DNA of 40,742 nt from Prosthecobacter sp. (GCA_041688535.1 JBDNIB010000297.1:1-40742), one strand, 5' to 3'; numbered from the stretch's first letter, positions 26,253-36,211 are shown. A program made the numbers and translations. The notes: a model not told the origin generated them from the letters alone.

Positions 26253-27862
26253 GTTCACGCCACAAAAAAAATCGCAAACACGCCGCGTCGATGATTGGCG
26301 TGGATTCGTCCACGCCCTTCATGCCGACCCCATCCGCCGCATGGGGCTCGTTTCAGGGAGCGGACACCACTTCGCGCGATCGCGGCTATATCTATATCCC
26401 GACGTTGGACACGCTGAAAGAGGTTGATGCCTATTCGCGCACAGAGCTGCTTCGCCGCGCCAGATATATTTACAATTCGGGCGGCGGCTTGATTCATCGC
26501 GGCGTCGATGGCGTCGCCCGCATGATCTGCGGCACCGGTCTTTTTCCGTATCCGCTCGGCAAAAACAAAGCTCGAAATCAGCGCCTGCGGCAGCTCTGGA
26601 ATGCGCGCGCCGAAGCCGCTGGCACCTTCGATCTCTCCCGAAAATTCACCTGCGGCATGGCGCAGCAGGCCATCGTGCGCGGCAAAATTAAAGATGGCGA
26701 CGTCGCCCCAGTGCTTGCCCGCAACGAAGCCGGCCGCTTGCGCGTCATGTTTTACGAGTCGCATCAGATCGGGCAAAGCACTACCCGGGTAGTACTTGGA
26801 GAGCGCTGGCATGATGGGGTTCAGCTCGATCAGCACAATGGCCCGCTTGCCTATCGCCTGCTCAGCACTGACGCTGCCACCGGCCGCGAAACCAGCGTCG
26901 ATGTGCCAGCGCAAAACGTCCTATTTTGCGCGAACTACGAGCGCTTCGGGCAGGTGCGTGGACTTACCCGCTTCTATCCCGTCCTGAACAAAGTTCTCGA
27001 TCGCGGCGAGATCATGCACGCCATTACTAAAGGCATCAAAATGCGCGAACAGATCGCCTATGCCCTGGAGCAGCAGCAGCAGCCGCTCCCCGGTGCCGTG
27101 CAGGCCGGCGCGCGCGGCGTGCTGTCGCCCCGCCCCACCACGGAAGTCGAAATTGCCACGGGCAAGTTTGTGACGATGGAGCAATTTTTCGGCAGTGGAC
27201 AAACGCAGGACCTCAAGCCGGGCCAGTCGTTCAAAGTCATCGAGTCAGCGCACCCTGATGCCAATGTGCAATCCCATCTCGAAAATCTCGTGCGTGATGT
27301 CGCTTGGGCGCTCAAGTTTTCGCCAGAACTGCTGTGGAATATCACACAGCTCGGTGGTGCCAATACGCGCTTCATCATGGCTGATGCACAGTCACAGATT
27401 GAGGTCGAGCAGCAGGAGCTCGTCGAGCAGTTCCTCGGCCCCTATTTTCTTGCGTGGCAGCGCGATATGATCGAGGCGGGCGAGATCGAAGACGCGCCCG
27501 ATTGGGAGCTGCACACCTGGCTGCTGCCCAAGCGCCTTACTGTAGATTTTGGTCGCGATGGCAGGCTGCACATCGAGCAGGCAAAGCGCGGCATGATCAC
27601 GCTGAAAAGTCTTTACGGCTTCGTCGGTGACGACTGGCAGATTGAGATTGATCAATACCTCGACGAGCGCCAATACATCAAGGAAGGTATCGCCGCGCGC
27701 GGCCTTACTTATGCCGAAGCTTACCCCGAAATCGGCACCGGTACCACTGCCAGTCAGGAGCAGGCAGATGCCGCTGCTGAAAGCTCCACGACTACCCAAC
27801 AAATCGCCGAAATGCATGAGTCCATCATGCGCGCCGCAGATCACCGCCCCCACCGCTCATGA
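26249..27862 (+). CDS. Portal protein, lambda gpB family
   Basis: LLRRARYIYNS, DGVQLD..G.PLAY, GQVRGL motifs; size and position. Confidence 0.9.
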   Translation: MSSRHKKNRKHAASMIGVDSSTPFMPTPSAAWGSFQGADTTSRDRGYIYIPTLDTLKEVDAYSRTELLRRARYIYNSGGGLIHRGVDGVARMICGTGLFPYPLGKNKARNQRLRQLWNARAEAAGTFDLSRKFTCGMAQQAIVRGKIKDGDVAPVLARNEAGRLRVMFYESHQIGQSTTRVVLGERWHDGVQLDQHNGPLAYRLLSTDAATGRETSVDVPAQNVLFCANYERFGQVRGLTRFYPVLNKVLDRGEIMHAITKGIKMREQIAYALEQQQQPLPGAVQAGARGVLSPRPTTEVEIATGKFVTMEQFFGSGQTQDLKPGQSFKVIESAHPDANVQSHLENLVRDVAWALKFSPELLWNITQLGGANTRFIMADAQSQIEVEQQELVEQFLGPYFLAWQRDMIEAGEIEDAPDWELHTWLLPKRLTVDFGRDGRLHIEQAKRGMITLKSLYGFVGDDWQIEIDQYLDERQYIKEGIAARGLTYAEAYPEIGTGTTASQEQADAAAESSTTTQQIAEMHESIMRAADHRPHRS

Positions 27863-28818
27863 ATGAGACCATTAATTTCCATCACGTCGCTCGCGCCTTT
27901 TATTTCGAGCCGCTGGCGCTTGAGCAGAGCGCCATGCTTGCTTGCCACATGTATCTCTGGCCGCGCATCACCGGCCAGGTGCAGGACTCCGCGCCATTAA
28001 CCGCCAGCGCCGCCGATGGTCCCACCAGCCCCCAGCACGTTAAGGCCACTGGCGGATCGGCGCACATGCGCAAACAGATCGCCATGCCCGCGATGCAATC
28101 GAATGGTCCGTTTGCCCCCACCACCATCTTAGACCCTAGCTATTACTGGACCATTGATGGCAAGCCCGGCATCGCCGTCATTCCGCTCAATGGCATGATC
28201 AGCAAGGGTGCATCCCCCTTCGCCGAGGCGTGCATGGGCGCGTTGAATCCCGACCGCATCTCGCACGCGCTCAATCAAGCCCTCGCCGCGAAGGATATTA
28301 AAACCATTGTGCTCGACATCGGCTCTCCCGGTGGTCGCACCACCGCCACCCCTGAACTCGCCGCCCTGGTGAAGCAGGCTACGCAGACGCGCGGCAAGAC
28401 GGTCTATGCGTTCACCGACACTCACATTGCATCCGCTGCCGAGTGGATCGCCAGCCAGTGCGATGAGGTTATCATGACCGGCTCCGCCTCGCTTGGCAGC
28501 ATCGGTACTTATTTAGCTTTCTTGAATCCTAAAGTCGCCATGCAGATGCAAGGCTACGCGCTGGAGCTTTTCAGCCAGGGCACGCACAAAGCCCTTGGCA
28601 TGCCCGGTCGCGATCTCACGCAGGCAGACCGCGAATACCTCCAGGGCACCGTGGACAAATGCAATGCTGAGTTCATCGCCGCCGTCAAATCCGGCCGCCC
28701 CAAAGCCAGCGAAGAATCCTTGCGCGATGCAAAAATGTACGCAGCCGACGACGCCATCCGCCACGGCCTCGCCGACGGCATCGTCTCCTCTTGGGACGAA
28801 TTCGTCAGCCTCCTCTAG
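27859..28818 (+). CDS. S49-family head maturation protease
   Basis: DIGSPGG, ASAAEWIASQCD, GSIG, GLADG. Confidence 0.9.
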   Translation: MNETINFHHVARAFYFEPLALEQSAMLACHMYLWPRITGQVQDSAPLTASAADGPTSPQHVKATGGSAHMRKQIAMPAMQSNGPFAPTTILDPSYYWTIDGKPGIAVIPLNGMISKGASPFAEACMGALNPDRISHALNQALAAKDIKTIVLDIGSPGGRTTATPELAALVKQATQTRGKTVYAFTDTHIASAAEWIASQCDEVIMTGSASLGSIGTYLAFLNPKVAMQMQGYALELFSQGTHKALGMPGRDLTQADREYLQGTVDKCNAEFIAAVKSGRPKASEESLRDAKMYAADDAIRHGLADGIVSSWDEFVSLL

Positions 28819-28945
28819 CCGTTCGTAGTTCCGGCTTCAGCCGGTCCGGTTTCCCCGTTCGTAGTTCGGGCTTCAGCCCGTCCGCCTCCCCCGTTCGTTT
28901 GACACCCCGCCCCCATCGCCGCAGTCACCTCTACCTCCCCTCTCC

Positions 28946-29512
28946 ATGCTCAAACCTCGCCACGCCCTCTTCCTCCTCACCGCCGCCAGCGAGCACGCCA
29001 GCGCCGGTGGTGGTGACACCCCCATCGTCGATGCCGCCGCCGCCATCGCCGCCATTGAAGACAAAACTTTGCCGATGTCGCAGCGTCTCGGTGTCGCGCT
29101 CAAGGCTCTGCAGGGCATCGCTCCCGCGGCACAATTCACCGCCGTCCAGGCCGATCTCGCCGCCGCTCAGGCCGCCCTCGTCACGCGCACGGCCGAGCTC
29201 GCCACCGCGCAGGCCAGTCTCTCCGCGTTGCAGACCGATTTCACCGCGCTGGAAGGCGAAAAAACCACGCTCGCCAAAGAGCACGCCACCCTCTGCGCGC
29301 AAGAGCGCGATGTCGAAAAACGCGCCGCTGCAAAGAGCGCGGAGCACATCGCCGCTCTCGGTTTTGCCGCTGGCAAATTGCCCGCCCCCAGTGCCGACTT
29401 GCCTGCCGATATTCCTGCCAACCGCGTCGAGTTGGAGACCGCCCTGGGCAAGCTCAAAACCGCCGACGAGCGCCGCGCCCTGCTCAAACAATTCAACAAC
29501 CGCGCCGCCTAA
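28946..29512 (+). CDS. Putative scaffold protein
   Basis: Coiled coil between protease and capsid genes. Confidence 0.55.
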   Translation: MLKPRHALFLLTAASEHASAGGGDTPIVDAAAAIAAIEDKTLPMSQRLGVALKALQGIAPAAQFTAVQADLAAAQAALVTRTAELATAQASLSALQTDFTALEGEKTTLAKEHATLCAQERDVEKRAAAKSAEHIAALGFAAGKLPAPSADLPADIPANRVELETALGKLKTADERRALLKQFNNRAA

Positions 29513-29567
29513 AACTAAGCCGCGTTTTTGACATTCAGCATCTCCCGAATCCGCACCCTCTCTTATT

Positions 29568-30740
29568 ATGGCAAACACTATCGACTCCAATCTGCAGCTC
29601 ACCGAAGTCCTCGACTCTGCGATGCAGGCCATCAAGCGCCGCCTCCTGCCGCTCCTGGCTTTCAGCACGGTTTACCGTAACGTCCAGCTCAAGGGCGATG
29701 ACCAAATGGCCGTCCCATTTTATCCGCTTGCCACCAGCGACAGCGTGACGCGCACCCCCAGCGGTTCGCGCATCGCGCTCGCTACCGCCACTGCCACAGA
29801 GTCGCGCACAATTGAAAATTTCACCAACAAGGTGCAGGCGCTCAGTTTCACCGGCACCGAGCGCGCCCGCCAGCCGATGTTCAATCCCGTTAAACACGGT
29901 GAAATGAAAGGCCGCAAACTTGCCGAAGACATCCTCGCGGACATCTTCGGCATCGTCAAAGCCAAGACCTTCACAGGTGCCACGATTGCCGCCACTACCG
30001 CTGCCAACTTTGATGAAAACGACGTCGCCGATCTGCGCACCTTGTGCGTCGATAGCTACTGGCCCGAAGGCGATCGCGCCCTCATTCTCAATCCGAGTTA
30101 CGCTGGCAACCTGCTGAAGCAGGCTCAAATCATTGATGCCGCCAAGCGCGCCGATGGCGGGTCGAATTTCACCGATGGCGTCCTCTCCCGCATCCTCGGC
30201 TTTGATGTGTACGAGTCCGCTGGCGTGCCGACCAACAACGTCGCCGCGCTCACCATCACTGGTGGTGTCTCCGCCACCGATGTCATCACCACCAGTGCCG
30301 CGCACGGTCTGGCCGTTGGAGATCGCCTCATCTTCCCGACGCTCTCAGGTGGCTCAGGCATCACTGCTGCCACCACCGCTTACTTCGTGGCGGCCGTGCC
30401 GAGCACCACGACTTTCACCGTCTCCGCCACCCTCGGCGGTGCCGTACTGGACTTCACCACCACCATCACCGCCGGCACGGTGCGCGAGTACGAAAACATC
30501 GCCGGGTTCGCGGTCATGCCATCCGCCATCCTCATCGGCTTCGCCCCGGTGCCACCTACCCCCGCTATCCGTGGCGATCTCTTCGACTACCAGGAGCTCG
30601 TCGATGACTCAGGTCTCGTGCTGCAATACTATCACGGTGCCGATGCCAACACTGATCAGGAGTATCAGACTATCGAATGCCACTACGGCTTCGGCCTTGG
30701 CGATGCCGCGCAGCTCAAGCTCATCACCACCCCGATCTAA
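29568..30740 (+). CDS. Major capsid protein with inserted beta domain
   Basis: MANT start, RALILNP, GVLSRILGFDVYES, YGFG C-terminus; synteny. Confidence 0.8.
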   Translation: MANTIDSNLQLTEVLDSAMQAIKRRLLPLLAFSTVYRNVQLKGDDQMAVPFYPLATSDSVTRTPSGSRIALATATATESRTIENFTNKVQALSFTGTERARQPMFNPVKHGEMKGRKLAEDILADIFGIVKAKTFTGATIAATTAANFDENDVADLRTLCVDSYWPEGDRALILNPSYAGNLLKQAQIIDAAKRADGGSNFTDGVLSRILGFDVYESAGVPTNNVAALTITGGVSATDVITTSAAHGLAVGDRLIFPTLSGGSGITAATTAYFVAAVPSTTTFTVSATLGGAVLDFTTTITAGTVREYENIAGFAVMPSAILIGFAPVPPTPAIRGDLFDYQELVDDSGLVLQYYHGADANTDQEYQTIECHYGFGLGDAAQLKLITTPI

Positions 30741-30745
30741 GCCCC

Positions 30746-31012
30746 ATGAAGCTCGCCCTCCTCATCGCCCTGTCCGCCGACCGGCGGCAGGGCACGCCCC
30801 TCGGCGACGCCATGCCTTACGATCAGGCGCTCAACGAGTTCAAGCGCGCCACCACCCTCGGCCTCGCGCCCGCGCCAGATCGGCCCGTGCTCGAATTGTG
30901 GGCTGGCAACTCCCCCGCCAAGTCACATCGTTTCAAAGCGCCCGCTCCGAAGGCCAAGCCCGCGAAAAAAGCCCCGGACGCCGTTGCCGCAGACGCCGCA
31001 CTGCTCTCGTAA
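30746..31012 (+). CDS. Hypothetical virion protein
   Basis: ATG 30746 right after the capsid gene; K/A/P tail. Confidence 0.6.
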   Translation: MKLALLIALSADRRQGTPLGDAMPYDQALNEFKRATTLGLAPAPDRPVLELWAGNSPAKSHRFKAPAPKAKPAKKAPDAVAADAALLS

Positions 31013-31115
31013 AAATCTCCGGTCGCGCAGACCGGCTTTCATGCAAGCTCGCCGTGGTCTTTTGGTTGGGGACCACGGCGTCCTTGTGTTGTCAGATTGA
31101 CAACGGCTCTCCCCC

Positions 31116-31481
31116 ATGACCCTCTCCGCCGTCCTCAGCGCCCGCCAGCGGCATCAGACTGGTGTCATGACTACCAGCGGCCTCGCGGGCGGCAAAGAGC
31201 AGCTACAGCCCGGCAGCATCAGCATCGGCGGCACCAGCTATGTCGCCGCTGTGCATCTCGGTGAAGTCCAGCACCGCATGGACACCACCACCGGCCTCTG
31301 GCGTCGGCTGCAGCCCCTCGTCGCCACCGTGCGCAAGGTCTTACTCGCCACCGCCCCCGCGAAAAAAAGCGTTATCACTTTCGGCACCGTGATCTACCAG
31401 ATCGACGACGTTGCCGGGCACAATGCCACCGATCTTGTCTGGACGCTCAAGGCCGAGCGCCTACTCCCCGCCCCCGCATGA
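31116..31481 (+). CDS. Head-tail adaptor (gpFII position)
   Basis: Synteny, size; TTGACA-N13-ATG. Confidence 0.55.
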   Translation: MTLSAVLSARQRHQTGVMTTSGLAGGKEQLQPGSISIGGTSYVAAVHLGEVQHRMDTTTGLWRRLQPLVATVRKVLLATAPAKKSVITFGTVIYQIDDVAGHNATDLVWTLKAERLLPAPA

Positions 31482-32287
31482 GCCAGCTCGCCCGCATCAA
31501 GGGTATGCCGAAGCTGCTTAGCCAGCTCCGCGCCTATCCGCACTTTGTCAGCGCGCAGGCCACCGTGCTCCTGCACAAGCACGCGCGCGTGCTCATCAGC
31601 TCCAGCGGAAAAAACAAGGGCCTCGTGCAGATCGTCCCGCCCGTCAGCATGGACCGCGACATCACTGGCCCCGCTGCCCGAAAGCAGGGCGCGAGCAAAG
31701 TTCAAACGGACATCTGGAAAGTCTATGGCACCCCGGGCGATGTGTACAAGCAACTCAAAGCGAAAAATCCGGCTGTCGCCGCAGGCTATTGGGCGGCCGT
31801 GCAGCGGCGGGACTGGACTGCCGCGAATGCCCTCGCCCGCCGACTCGGTGTACCGCAGATCGTGGACTTCACTGGCGACGACGGAGCGGAGCACAAACTC
31901 CGCAGGCGCAACGGTGTCGTGACTGGTAAGGCCAAGACACTCTTCGTCACGGATGCCCGTTATGTCCGCTCCTATATCAAGCTAAAGCAGGGCAACGTCG
32001 GCCTCCTCGCCGCCGCATTAGTAAACAGTTACAGCGGGGCTTTCGGCCCCCTGCGTGGCGTCCCCGCGTGGGTCGCGCGGCACTCCGGCTCCTGGGGTGC
32101 GGCGCAGATCGCCGAGACGCAGCAGGGCGCGAGTACCAGCGTGCGCATCAGCCTTGAGGCCGGTGCATTGAATAGTCACCTCCAGCGCTTTTTCACGCTC
32201 GCGGATATGCACCGCCAGCGTGCCATGGCGCGCGAAGCCCCCTTTGCCATCCGCGCCGCCGCCAAGGCCGCTGGCCTCCTCCACTAA
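31478..32287 (+). CDS. Neck/tail completion protein
   Basis: Basic protein, synteny, ATGA coupling. Confidence 0.5.
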   Translation: MSQLARIKGMPKLLSQLRAYPHFVSAQATVLLHKHARVLISSSGKNKGLVQIVPPVSMDRDITGPAARKQGASKVQTDIWKVYGTPGDVYKQLKAKNPAVAAGYWAAVQRRDWTAANALARRLGVPQIVDFTGDDGAEHKLRRRNGVVTGKAKTLFVTDARYVRSYIKLKQGNVGLLAAALVNSYSGAFGPLRGVPAWVARHSGSWGAAQIAETQQGASTSVRISLEAGALNSHLQRFFTLADMHRQRAMAREAPFAIRAAAKAAGLLH

Positions 32288-32298
32288 CACCTCCGCTC

Positions 32299-32724
32299 AT
32301 GCGCGATCTCATCTTCACCAACTTTATCCACGGCTACCTCGACACCGCCGCATCTCGCGCCGTCGGCATCCCCGCCGCTGCCGTTTGCGCGCTCCTCAAA
32401 ATGGACGCAGACACCGACGACCTCGACCCGCGCATCTGCATCACCGCCGAAGAGCAGGGCACCAATCGTTCGCGCCAGCTCACCGTCACCATCAGCGCGC
32501 GCGGCACCGTCGCTCGCGCCACCACCGATCCCTGGCTGGACGCCATCGCCCTCCGCCTGGCCGATCACCACCAGCTCGCCCTCCACCTCGCCGCGCAAAA
32601 CTACAGCACCCGCCTCGGCTACCAAATCGAGCACGTCACACCCCCCGCCGCCGTCCGCGTCCAACGCACCGAAACCGGCCCCATCGAATCCGCCGTCGCC
32701 ATCACCTTCCACCTCACCGTCTAA
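32299..32724 (+). CDS. Putative tail terminator
   Basis: Size and synteny. Confidence 0.5.
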   Translation: MRDLIFTNFIHGYLDTAASRAVGIPAAAVCALLKMDADTDDLDPRICITAEEQGTNRSRQLTVTISARGTVARATTDPWLDAIALRLADHHQLALHLAAQNYSTRLGYQIEHVTPPAAVRVQRTETGPIESAVAITFHLTV

Positions 32725-32810
32725 CCCTGTTCGTAGTTCGGGCTTCAGCCCGTCCGCCTCCCCCGTTCGTAGTCCCGGCTTCAGCCGGTCCGGTCAGCCC
32801 CTTCCACCGC

Positions 32811-33563
32811 ATGAAACAACTTCCACCCGCGCCGTATTATGACCGCGACGGCATCACTCTTTACCACGGCAACTGCCGCGAGATACTACCGCACCTGCAG
32901 CCCGTTGACGCCGCCGTCACCGACCCGCCCTACAACGAAACTAATCTTGAATGGGACACCTGGCCTGTCGGCTGGCCTTCGCTGCTCGCGCCACTGACCA
33001 ACTCGTTTTGGTGTTTCGGCTCGTTGCGGATGTTCTGGGATCGGCGCGATGAGTTTGGCGCGTGGAAACTTGCGCAGGACATCGTTTGGGAAAAACACAA
33101 TGGCAGCGGGATTGCCTCAGATCGGTTCCGCCGCGTGCATGAACTGGCGGTTCATCTTTATCAGGGGGATTGGGCGGCGCTCCATAAGGCCGTCCCGCGC
33201 GTTGGCGAGCATCGCGCCACAAAGATGATGCAACGCGGCAAGACGCCCCACCTCGGAACAAAAGGACAACTTGGAATACAAGAGGGCCAAAAGCTCATGC
33301 GCTCAGTCATCTACGCCAACAGTTGTCAGGGCTACGCAGTCAACGAAACGCAAAAACCGGAGGCGCTGATTTCGCCCCTGCTGGAATATTGCGTTCCTCC
33401 CGGCGGCAGCGTGCTGGATTGCTTTGCTGGTAGTGGCACCGTGCTCGCCGTCGCGCGCGCTCAGGGGAAGCGCGCCATCGGCATTGAGCAGCGCGAAAGC
33501 CAATGCATCGAGATCGTCAAGCGGCTCTCACAAGGCGATCTTTTTCAGGATCCCCGTTCGTAG
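32811..33563 (+). CDS. Beta-class N6-A/N4-C DNA methyltransferase
   Basis: TDPPY, TQKP, VLDCFAGSGT; bounded by 41-bp REP direct repeats. Confidence 0.9.
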   Translation: MKQLPPAPYYDRDGITLYHGNCREILPHLQPVDAAVTDPPYNETNLEWDTWPVGWPSLLAPLTNSFWCFGSLRMFWDRRDEFGAWKLAQDIVWEKHNGSGIASDRFRRVHELAVHLYQGDWAALHKAVPRVGEHRATKMMQRGKTPHLGTKGQLGIQEGQKLMRSVIYANSCQGYAVNETQKPEALISPLLEYCVPPGGSVLDCFAGSGTVLAVARAQGKRAIGIEQRESQCIEIVKRLSQGDLFQDPRS

Positions 33564-33659
33564 TCCCGGCTTCAGCCGGTCCGGTCAGCCCCATGCCCCA
33601 CGCCCCATGCCCCCCGCCCTCATTTGACACGCCCCCTCCATCGTCACACCGCCTCACCC

Positions 33660-34145
33660 ATGAAACACCTCCTCCTCCTCTCGCTCCTCCTCTGGCTCCC
33701 TGTCCTGCCCGCCCTCGCCGCTGATCTCACCGTCACGCCAGCGAATTTCCTCCCCGGTGCTGGCGCAAAATTCCACACCGGCATTGCCGGTGCCACGATC
33801 ACCGCCGGCCAGCTCATCGCGATCTCCGCCAGCACGGGAAAATTCGTCCTCGCCGATGCCAATGACGCCGCGCTCAGCCAAGTCATCGGCATCAGTGCGC
33901 ACGCCGCGCTGAACACGCAGCCTCTCGCCGTCGTGTGGTATGCCGATGACCTCACCCCTGGTGCCACGCTCGTCATGAGCACCATGGTCTATGTCTGCTC
34001 CGCCACTCCCGGCGGCATCGCCCCCGCCGCCGATCTCTCCGCTGGCGGCCTCTATCCGAACGTCCTCATGATCGCCATCTCGACCACGAAATGCGTCTTC
34101 CGCGCCCCCGGCCTGCTCGGTTCGGCGCTCTCGGTCGCGCCTTAA
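33660..34145 (+). CDS. Decoration/cement-like protein with signal-peptide-like N-terminus
   Basis: MKHLLLLSLLLWLPVLPALA-A followed by AGATITAGQ...LADAN...GI motif. Confidence 0.55.
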   Translation: MKHLLLLSLLLWLPVLPALAADLTVTPANFLPGAGAKFHTGIAGATITAGQLIAISASTGKFVLADANDAALSQVIGISAHAALNTQPLAVVWYADDLTPGATLVMSTMVYVCSATPGGIAPAADLSAGGLYPNVLMIAISTTKCVFRAPGLLGSALSVAP

Positions 34146-34182
34146 TTTTTCGCCGCAATCCTCACCTCTCACTCTCACTCCC

Positions 34183-34623
34183 ATGCCTGACACCCCCGAT
34201 CCATTTGTTGAGCCAATCATCGAGCACGGCGTCAAGGTCTCCGACCTCGCAGATGAGGACGGCGCGCTCATTCTCAGCCTCGACCTCTCTCCGATGCGTG
34301 ATGCCGTCATGCAAAAAGGCGCCTCCCGCGCGACCGAATACGTCCGCTACGAAGACCCGCGCATCGAAGGCGAAATGAGCTTGCGCCCGCGCCGCAACGC
34401 GCTGGGCCTCCCCTACGGCCTTGGCAATGCCCATCCCGGCAGTGCCGTCACCGATCTCGTCAATCTGCCGGTCAACAGCAACATCCACGGCTTCCGCATC
34501 AGCGAGTCCGCCACCATCTGCCTGAACAACCCCAAGCAAACGCGCGGCGACGACGGGCTGCAGATCACTCAGCCGTTCGTCTATTATCCGTTCGTCCTTT
34601 CGGCCGCTGCCCTGGCCGCATAA
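34183..34623 (+). CDS. Putative tail tube protein
   Basis: Size, synteny before chaperone/TMP, followed by a terminator. Confidence 0.45.
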   Translation: MPDTPDPFVEPIIEHGVKVSDLADEDGALILSLDLSPMRDAVMQKGASRATEYVRYEDPRIEGEMSLRPRRNALGLPYGLGNAHPGSAVTDLVNLPVNSNIHGFRISESATICLNNPKQTRGDDGLQITQPFVYYPFVLSAAALAA

Positions 34624-34744
34624 AAGCTACCCAACAAAATAGGCCCGCGCTGGACGGGCACCAGCCGCAAGGCTAGCTCGCGCGCGAGCATCCAGCACCC
34701 CCTTCCATCCATCTCTATGTCCCCGTGTCGTGTTGCACGTTCCG

Positions 34745-34791
34745 CGTCGCATGCCTGCCTCTCCCCTGGCAGCGCATGCGGCGTTTTTTTT
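34745..34791 (+). terminator. Intrinsic terminator
   Basis: CGTCGCATGC...GCATGCGGCG stem followed by T8. Confidence 0.8.
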
Positions 34792-34849
34792 CGTCTCCCC
34801 CGTATTGTAGTCCCGGCTTCAGCCGGTCCGACTCTCCCCGCCTAACACC

Positions 34850-35629
34850 ATGAGCTGGACCACCAACAATCACAAAATTGCCGCCACGTTCTCCGGTTTA
34901 GGCTTCCGCGTCACCATCAACGAAACCGAAATCGTCGAGCTTGATAACTGGAAAAACCTTCGCTTCGAGGTCAGCGATAAATCGCTGCTGCATCCGCAGC
35001 TACCCTCGCGCGACGATCTCTATCGCGGCTGGAAAGAAGGCACGCTTAACAAGCTGGATCCCGATCATCCCTTCCTCTGCGGCTTCGCCGCCTGCCACAA
35101 TTTCGAGCAGATCATGCACATGCAGGCCACTGCCACCAGCTACCGCCTGCAGCGCGCAGCAGGCTCGCCGCTCTATCGCTACGAGGTCGGCATCGAAGAC
35201 TCGCGCTTGCAGCTCGCCCCCGCGCTACATGCCACCGTGGATCTCCCGCTCGCCGCCGCCGTCGCCGTCGCTGGTTTGCCCGTCATCAACATCGACGGCA
35301 ACCCCGGCCGCCGCCGCTATTTATTCCCCGACATGACGCTCGAATATCTGGACAACCCCACTGCCGCCGCCCTGCTTCCTGTCGCGCAATTCTTCCCCCG
35401 CATCTACCCGCGCAAACCAAACTTGCAGCTCGGCCTCACCCATCCGCAGCACCCCGTCGTGCAGGGCTACAACGCCGCGTACCACTACGCATCCATCCTC
35501 GGCCAGCTCAAACAAATCAACAAGCGCCTGCTCATCAAAGATCCTTTCAGCAACCGCCGCGCCCTCATCCCCGAAAACCCCAGCGCAAAACTAGAAAACG
35601 AAGTCCGCGACCACTTCCGCATCCCCTGA
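34850..35629 (+). CDS. Hypothetical protein (REP-bounded)
   Basis: 259-aa ORF with phage-like codon usage. Confidence 0.75.
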   Translation: MSWTTNNHKIAATFSGLGFRVTINETEIVELDNWKNLRFEVSDKSLLHPQLPSRDDLYRGWKEGTLNKLDPDHPFLCGFAACHNFEQIMHMQATATSYRLQRAAGSPLYRYEVGIEDSRLQLAPALHATVDLPLAAAVAVAGLPVINIDGNPGRRRYLFPDMTLEYLDNPTAAALLPVAQFFPRIYPRKPNLQLGLTHPQHPVVQGYNAAYHYASILGQLKQINKRLLIKDPFSNRRALIPENPSAKLENEVRDHFRIP

Positions 35630-35690
35630 TCCCCGTATTGTAGTCCCGGCTTCAGCCGGTCCGGTTCCCTCTTTTTGTGACCACCAACCA

Positions 35691-35954
35691 ATGCCGAAAA
35701 TGATCGAAATTTTACACAACTTCTTCGCCGGAATCACATTCGCGTTGGGCGTAACAGTCGGTGCAGTCCTCTGCCGCATCGCCAGCAAGGAAGGCCGCAC
35801 CGAAATGGTGGATACTGTGAAATCCAGCCATGAGCGAATCGAAGAACGGCTACGCATGAGCTTGAAATGCCATGAGCGGATAGCCGGTGCAATGGAGGCC
35901 ATAGCGCAAAAATCTGCTGGGAAGAACGCCGCTACCTGCGACGACCAACTTTAA
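35691..35954 (+). CDS. Small single-TM protein
   Basis: N-terminal TM; lower GC than flanks. Confidence 0.6.
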   Translation: MPKMIEILHNFFAGITFALGVTVGAVLCRIASKEGRTEMVDTVKSSHERIEERLRMSLKCHERIAGAMEAIAQKSAGKNAATCDDQL

Positions 35955-35958
35955 TTCC

Positions 35959-36198
35959 ATGTCCGCCAAACACTCCGCCCCGCCTTCTTCGTTCGTAGTT
36001 CCGGCTTCAGCCGGTCCGCTTCCCCTCACACTCCCATCTGGTTCTGCCTTCTGGCTGCTCTTCGAGCACATGAGCCGGCAGCACAATTTATCGCTGCTCG
36101 ACTCCGAGCTCGCCGATGTCTGCGCCGCCGTCGATCAGATGCGCGCGGCATGGGAGGCTAACGCGCTGCACAACCAACTCCCCGCCGCGCCCCTTTAA
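35959..36198 (+). CDS. Hypothetical protein (in-frame REP)
   Basis: SSFVVPASAGP peptide. Confidence 0.55.
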   Translation: MSAKHSAPPSSFVVPASAGPLPLTLPSGSAFWLLFEHMSRQHNLSLLDSELADVCAAVDQMRAAWEANALHNQLPAAPL

Positions 36199-36211
36199 TT
36201 CCACCCTCCTC

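Noticed and set aside
28946-29010. Signal peptide on the scaffold-like protein
   Set aside because: Hydrophobic stretch too short; resembles ordinary scaffold N-termini
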